A stretch of DNA of 64,000 nucleotides from the human T2T-CHM13v2.0 reference genome, Homo sapiens. Both the position numbers and the translations under genes were made by a program. The stretch is from the NCBI RefSeq assembly GCF_009914755.1, contig NC_060927.1; one strand, given 5' to 3'. Positions 56,791-64,000 of this stretch are shown here, in pieces; position 1 is the first letter of the stretch; each line of letters starts with the position of its first letter. The notes under the pieces are model-generated. The model was not told the DNA's origin. It made no database searches and saw nothing but the letters and a program-made list of their open reading frames with translations.

Positions 56791-59303
56791 GCTTCCCTTG
56801 GTAAGTTTATATTTTATGGCTTATCTCCCTGTGGGGTTTTTTTTTTTCTGATTATAAATGTCATCACTCTAGAAAATTTTGGAAAATATGGAAAAATAAA
56901 AAATAAAAATGGCCTACAATTCATTCCCCCAGAAATTAATTTCTCAGCATTTTAGTGGACCTCCTTTTGGTATATTTACCATAAATATTTACATATATTT
57001 AGAAACCAGTATTTTACTATATATTGTTCTATAGCCTGCTTTGTTAAAAAAAGCCATGGTAAATATTCTTCAAAGGCTTGACATTTAATTTAAAAAATTG
57101 ATTCTTCTGATTTCAAAAGAAATGCATGCTCATGTAAATAAAAATGCAAACAGTACAGAAATTTACAATTTAGAAAAGCAAAGTCCTTCATAATCCTGTC
57201 ATAGGTTTTGAACAGTTTGTTAGCATACGCTTTCAGACTTTCCTATGCTTCTACTAATTTCAATATACATTAAAAATTTATATTGTGGGACAGTATGCTT
57301 CATCTATTCTGAAACTTTCTTTTAAAATATACTTAACAACGTATGTTTGAAAATGTAAAAACGAACTTTAATGGTGTCTCAGTTGTAATCATCATTTTGC
57401 ATTTTTCTCTTCTACTATACCCTGAGGCCTTGGAAGAAAGCTGTTTTCCTGCAAGTGAACTTAATTTACTGTTTTCTGAGTAATTTGGGAGGATATTAGA
57501 CAGATAGTTGTGATCACTTCTCAGAGAACTCCTTGCCCACTGGAGAAGGGTGAGTCGTGGTGGGCCCTGGGGACTGACCATGCTTTGCCGCTGCTGCTGG
57601 AGTTGGCTGACAAGGTCTCTTCTTGGATCTGGAGCCTACCTTGACTCAAGACAGGTTCCTCCAACCACAAGCCCGAGGATGCCCTTCTCCTGCTCTCTAA
57701 AAGTGCTGGTGACACTTTGTCCATGTTGAATGGTCTTCTTGTCCTATGACTCCCTTTATTTGACACATTCTCAGCTTCTGTTTCTGACTAGGAGCTGTAA
57801 ACTTATAATCCCTCTTTTTGGTTAAGAGGAGAATCACTGGAACCCAGCTGATGGGATCACAGGGCTAAGGAGTCCAGAGTTATTTGAATCCCTGTGTAGT
57901 CCAGCTAACCTGTTCCATGATGAGAGCTGCCTGCCTAGTCCAGGGAGCCACCCCAAAGACAAAAGCCTTCCTTAATCCCAGAGAGGGTGTGTGAGTAAGC
58001 AGCCACCCACTGGCATTGCCAGAAGAAACGATGGATGGTGGGTGAGGAGCTCCGTGTTCCCACAATGGACAAAATGCTGTTATTATGGCCAGTGTGTGCT
58101 ATATCACATTGCCAAACCCAGTGTTTCATTAAAGGGGTGTTGGGGGACAGGGTGCCAGGGATGGTGCTCATGTATTGATAAATCAAAGTGCTTCTTGCCT
58201 TTTCTAATCTTTTGCATCTCCTGTTCTGTTTTCCTACCATTTAAATCTCTAGTGTACCCTAATATGACAGTGTGGTTAAATAAATGTGGCCATGAAATTC
58301 AGAGAAAGAAAAGCTTATTCTTTTCAGTAATCGTCAGTTAAAATTTCACAATGATACATGCTTTATACTTTTCAGACACAGGTTAGGAAACATCTATCTC
58401 CAAAAGGTACAGGCAATATGGGAGCCTCAGTGGGCAGAGCAAACACATGCTAAGGTCATTTTGTTGGGTCAGGGGTTGAGGGGGGCATTGTCATGGGCTT
58501 TTTAACTAAACAAATCGCCAATCAAATATCTTCCAGATTCTGATACCCATGCTGAATTGAAGGGCCTTTTTGACCGGTGTAATGTTTGGCCAAATATTAA
58601 ACCAAAAGCAATTATTAAAACAATACTTTAAAAATGTTTATTTTAAGAAAATTTGTACAAGTATACAAAAGAAGTTCAACTACAATTAGTTTCTGAGTTA
58701 TGTTGAGTCATTAATCAAAAGCTTCAGTCCTGAGGAATTCTGCGAAGTTCACCACTGCACTTTGCCTGCATCGCTTTTGTGGTTTTCCCAGACATCTTCC
58801 TAAAGCATTTGAAAGTAACTTTCCTTCCGCCTGCTCCCCCAGTGCCCAGGCCTCTTACCTTTGTATAGCTGCAAACGATTTGCAATTGCCAACCTGTGTT
58901 TTCCTTACCACTAGGACCAGTAGACTGTGATTTTTTTTTCTTATTCTGTATTAAACATAAAAAACTTAGCTCTAAATATAATTGCATCCTTCATTTGTAG
59001 AAGTTGATATGTTCCTCATGACAGCTCAGAGACATAAGAAGCATCAAAAGTAGAAAAAAAAAGAATCAGTGTAGACCATTTCTAAATATAGTCAGTCACT
59101 TATAAAGTACAAGCAAGAAATAAAGTAAATAGCTGGTACCTATTGAACAATTAGGTGTCTTGTAGCTTATTGTGAGATGGAGGACAAATCACTAAACTTC
59201 CTTGAGCCTGGTTCCTCATCTGCAAAATGAGAACAGTAATACCGGCCCTGCTGGCTTCATAAGACCCTTGGGAGGGCCAAATAAGGTGATGTCTAGAAAA
59301 TAG

Positions 59304-59612
<309 letters not shown>

Positions 59613-61827
59613 TTTTAAATAATAAAAATACAAGACAGAGTGGTAATATAAAGGCATGCCTCCTCCAAAATGCAGGAGCAGAGGCTCATAATTTGAGGAT
59701 GTTTGTCCTTGCTAGAGATTTGAAGAGATGGATTCACATGTAGAAATAAACAAATATCAACTGGTTAGATCACAGAGGAGAAGCCTCAGAACATCAGATC
59801 AAGAACATGTAGAACATGCAGAAAAGGCCTCAAGGCAACAGTTTGCTTTGCCTGTGCAGCAGCCTTACAAGAATTCATGGTTTTCCAGTGTCAGTATCTT
59901 AGATTCTGTGACCTGTCACTAGGGAACCTACTCTGCAAGGCTGGCAAGGAAACTAACCTCCCATCCCAGGGCCAATTTGCTTTACAGAACATTAGCACTG
60001 TTCTTGCCTTTGGGCTTGAGCATCACTGGAAAATGGCTTCACACACAGGAATGCTTCCTTGTATGGACTTTTAAAATGCTCTTTCATCTTTTGTTCTTCA
60101 AACTGGCTATTCCTATCAGTAAAGCCTATATGCAACCCCCATGTTTTTTATGAATCCAATTTAAAGACACACAATACAATTCTTGTAAGTGAGAAAATGT
60201 CACAGAGGGGCTCAGTCAGAAGTTGACAAAATGTGCCCGGGTTCTTACAGCTATTGTGGTTTAAGGGCAATACTTAAACCACATAGTATTTTTTTAAAAA
60301 ATACTTTCAAAAAAATGTCTTCTTTTTCCCATTGATATAATGCTAAATGAAGAGCTGCCAGCTACTGATGACATTTGCTTTTGCCGCATTTTTACCCCTC
60401 AATTTGCTTGTTCATTCCCTGCCTCATTTAATGCTATCCCCATGAACAAAGATAGCCAAAGGCACAATCCCAGGTGATGCCCAAGGCAAGCCTCACAAAC
60501 AAGACTGAATTTGATGTGAAGGAAAAGGACTCTGATTCTCCAAATGTTTTCCTTTACTGTTGGCTAATACCTAAAGTTTTACAGCTAGAACATCCTTTCT
60601 TTGGAATGTCCCTCTCTGTTCCTCTTCTCTATTTCCAGGCACCACTGATCTGCTTTTGGTCTCTATAGATTAGATAATTTGAATTTTATAAAACTGAGTT
60701 TGAATTTTATAAAACTTTATATAAATGAAATCATACATGTATACTCTTTTTTTGGTCTGGCTTCTTTGATTCAGCTTAATAATTTTGAGACTCATCCATG
60801 TTGTCGCCTGTAGCATGAGTTCATTCTTTTTATTGCAGAGTTGTGTCCCATTGTATGGATCTATTGCAATTTATTTATTTACCTTTTGATGATTTTGGGT
60901 AGTTTTAAATTGCCATTAACATTCTTGTCTCTTTGAGGATTTTTAAAGAGATCTTGTTACTAGTTTTTGATTTAATTCCAAGAGGATTAGATTTGAATTT
61001 TTAAAAGTTTATTGAGACTTTTAAAATATAGCTTAGAATATAATTTATTTTGGTAAATGTTCCTTAAACACTTGAAAATAATGTGTTTTGCTGTTGTTAG
61101 GGTTTTTTATAAAGGTCAAACGATAAACTGGTGGATAGTGCTGTTCAAGTCTTTGATATCACTGCTGATTTCTATCTCTTTGTTTAATTAAATATTAAAA
61201 GAGGGGTGTTGAGTTCTCCAAATGTGATGATAAATTTGCCTTTTTTTGGCAATTCTATCAGTTTTTGTTTCATGCATTTTTGACGTTCTGTTATTAAGTA
61301 CATGAATATTTAGGTTCGTTATGTCTTATAAATAAATTGGCCCTTTTATCAATATGAAATGAGCTTCTATAACCCTAGTAATATTATTTGCTTTGAAGTA
61401 GGCTTTTTCTAATATTATTATAGCTAATCTGGCTTTCTTTAGATTAGTATTATGATAGTAAATATTTTTCAATCCTTTTAGTTTTGATCTATTTGTGTCT
61501 TTATAGCTAAAGTAGCTCTCTTGTAGGTGGGAGATTGAGTCTTGGTTTTTTATCCAATTTGACAATCTCCATACTTTCTAATTGGGTTTAATTAAATGTA
61601 AATTAATTACATTTCATTGTTTTTAATGTAATTATTGATATGGTTGGATTTAAATCTACCATTCTTGTATTTGTTTTCTACTTGTCTTATCTATTCTGTG
61701 TTCCCTTTTACCTCTTTTTCTGTCTTCTTTATGGATTAATTATATTTTAATGATTTTTTCCTTTTTTAGTTTATTAGTTATAACTCTATTTTGTTATTTT
61801 AGTCATTGCTTTAGGGTGTTTAATATA

Positions 61828-62568
61828 TAGATGGTTCTTAACTTATGAAGATTTGACTTATGATTTTTTGATGACACAAAAACAATACAAATTCAGTAGA
61901 AACCATACTTTGAGTACCCACCATACAACCATTCTGTTTTTCACTTTCAGCATACAGTATTTAATAGATTATGAGATATTCAATGATTTAATAGATTACA
62001 AGATACTTATTATACAATAGGTCTTGTGTTAGATTATTTTGCCCAACTCTAGGCAAATGTAAGGGTTCTGAGCATGTTTAAAGTGGGTGTATTAGTCTGT
62101 TTTCACACTGCTATAAAGAACTGCCCGAGGCTGGGTAATTTATAAGGAAAGAGGTTTAATGAGCTCACAGTTCTACATGGTTGGGGAGGCCTCAGGAAGC
62201 TTACAATCATGGCAAAAGGGGAAGCAGGTGCATCTTACATGGTGGCAGATGAGAGAGAGTGAAGGGAGAAGAGCCCCTTATAAAACCATCAGATCTCATG
62301 AGAACTCAGTCGTCACTATCATGAGAAAACATGGGGGAAACTGCTCCCATGATCCAAACACCTCCTACCAGGTCCCTTCCTCGACATGTGGGGCTTATGG
62401 GGATTAAAATTCTAGATGAGATTTGGGTGGGGACACAGCCAAACCATATCAGTGGCTAGTATGATGTTTGCTAGGTTAGGTGTATTAAATGCATTTTCAA
62501 CCTATGATATTTTTAACTTACAGTGGATTTATTGGGACGTAACTTCATCATAAGTTGAAAAGCATTCA
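61828..62568 (-). mobile_element. MER47A-like (Tigger-derived) MITE, split by a THE1 LTR
   Basis: TA flanks; CATACAACCATTCTGTTTTTCACTTTCAG, GCCCAACTCTAGGCAAATGTAAG and GGTTAGGTGTATTAAATGCATTTTC. Confidence 0.82.
62088..62451 (-). mobile_element. THE1 (THE1C/D-like) solo LTR
   Basis: TGTATTAGTCTGTTTTCACACTGCT...CAGCCAAACCATATCA; TSD GTGGG/GTGGC. Confidence 0.9.
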
Positions 62569-63391
62569 TATATCTTTAATTTATTATAGTTAACTTTCAA
62601 GTGATAATACACCACATAAAGCAAAAGAATCTTAAAAATATACTTGTATTTCTTACCTCCCATCCTTTTGTACAATTGTTGTCATACATTTTTCTTCTCT
62701 GTATATTATAGAACCCATAATATATTGCTATTAGTTTTATGTTAAATATTAAGAAAAAATTTAATATTTACCTATAACAACCCTTATAGTTATTACTTCT
62801 CATGCTTGTCATTCTTTTATATAGAACCAGGTTTCCATTTGTTGTTTTTTTTTTGTTACTGAAACGCTTTCTTTAGCATTCTAGTGTTGCAAGTCTGATG
62901 ATGATGAATTATTTCAGCTCCTTTATAGCTGAAAACTTTTTGATACTCACTTTGTTTTAAAAATAGATTTTCACTTAATATAGAATTACAGATTGAAAAG
63001 TTTTTCCTTTTGGTACTTCCACTATTTTCTGGCTTACATTGTTTCCTGTAATAAATCTATTCTCATTCTTATGCTTCTTCCTTTGAATATAATGTGTTTG
63101 TTCCCTTTGGCTTCTTTTTAACATTTTCTTTTTGGCACTTATTTCAAGGAATTTGATTATGGTTTGACTTGGTATAGCTTTCTTTAAGTTTCTTACTTTT
63201 GGAGTTTATTTATCTTCTTGGATCCAAGGGTTTACAGTTTCCATCAAACTGAAAGTTTTCAGCCATTCCATTATTTTTTCAATTTTTAAAATTCCCACGT
63301 CCCCCAGTTTTCAGGGATTTTAATTATACATATATTAAGCTACTTGAATTATCCAACACCTCGCTTATGCTCTGTGCATTCATTTTTAAAT

Positions 63392-64000
63392 CTTTTTAAA
63401 AGTTTATTATACTTTAAGTTCTGGGATACGTGTGAAGAATGTGCAGGTTTGTTACATAGGTATACCAGTGCCATGGTGGTTTGTTGCACCCATCAACCCA
63501 TCATCTAGGTTTTAAGCCCTGGATGCATTACGTATTTGTCCTAATGCTCTCCCTCTCCTTTCCCCCCACCCCCAACAGGCCCGGGTATGTGATGTTCCCC
63601 TCCCTGTGTCCATGTGTTCTTATTGTTTAACTCCCACTTGTGAGCGAGAACATGCAATGTTTGGTTTTCTGTTCCTGTGTTAGTTTGCTGAGAATGATGG
63701 TTTCCAGCTTCATCCATGTCCCTGCAAAAGATATGACCTTATCCTTTTTTATGGCTGCATAGTATTCCATGGTGTATATGTGCCACATTTTCTTTATCCA
63801 GTTTATCATTGATGGACATTTGAGTAGGTTCCAAGTGTTTGCTGTTGTGAATAGTGCTGCAATAAACATATGTGTGCATGTGTCTTTATAGTAGAATGAT
63901 TTATAATCCTTTGGGTATATACCCAGCAGTGGGAATGCTGGATCAAATGGTATTTCTGGTTCTAGATCCTTGAGGAATCGCCACACTGTCTTCCACAATG
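63392..64000 (-). mobile_element. L1PA (about L1PA7/8) 3' end, continues beyond the window
   Basis: ORF 63627-63998 WKTVWRFLKDLEPEIPFDPAFPLLGIYPKDYKSFYYKDTCTHMFIAALFT is the L1 ORF2 C-terminus; primate L1 3'UTR follows. Confidence 0.93.

Larger units (their letters stand above)
60560..63390 (-). mobile_element. Old L1M fragments (host of nested MER47/THE1)
   Basis: Minus-strand ORF 61326-61565 NWIKNQDSISHLQESYF..KDTNRSKLKGLKNIYYHNTNLKKARLAIII resembles the L1 ORF2 endonuclease N-terminus. Confidence 0.75.

Noticed and set aside
60678-60716. 21-bp-period tandem duplication TTTGAATTTTATAAAACT
   Set aside because: Ordinary slippage duplication within an old L1.
63627-63998. 123-aa ORF as a host gene
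   Set aside because: It is the L1 ORF2 C-terminus in a retrotransposon.

Overview
Human genomic DNA. An AluYa5 with all five diagnostic bases points to human, and the locus is the very long 5' intronic region of KCNAB1 (voltage-gated K+ channel beta-1 subunit, + strand; chr3q25 from recall). The only real coding sequence is the alternative first coding exon for the Kvbeta1.2 N-terminus (11815-12056). The window also holds an antisense, TSD-flanked processed pseudogene of SNRNP40 (43763-45545) with an AluY in its 3' UTR, plus many Alu, L1, L2, MIR, LTR and MER relics. The most unusual object is an 873-bp Merlin-superfamily (IS1016/IS1595-related) DNA transposon fossil at 38763-39635. It has both TIRs, a perfect 8-bp TSD and a readable but inactivated DDE transposase. 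Repeat subfamily names come from recalled consensus features, not from a database search, and boundaries of old repeats are approximate. I found no evidence for a wholly new multi-gene system.
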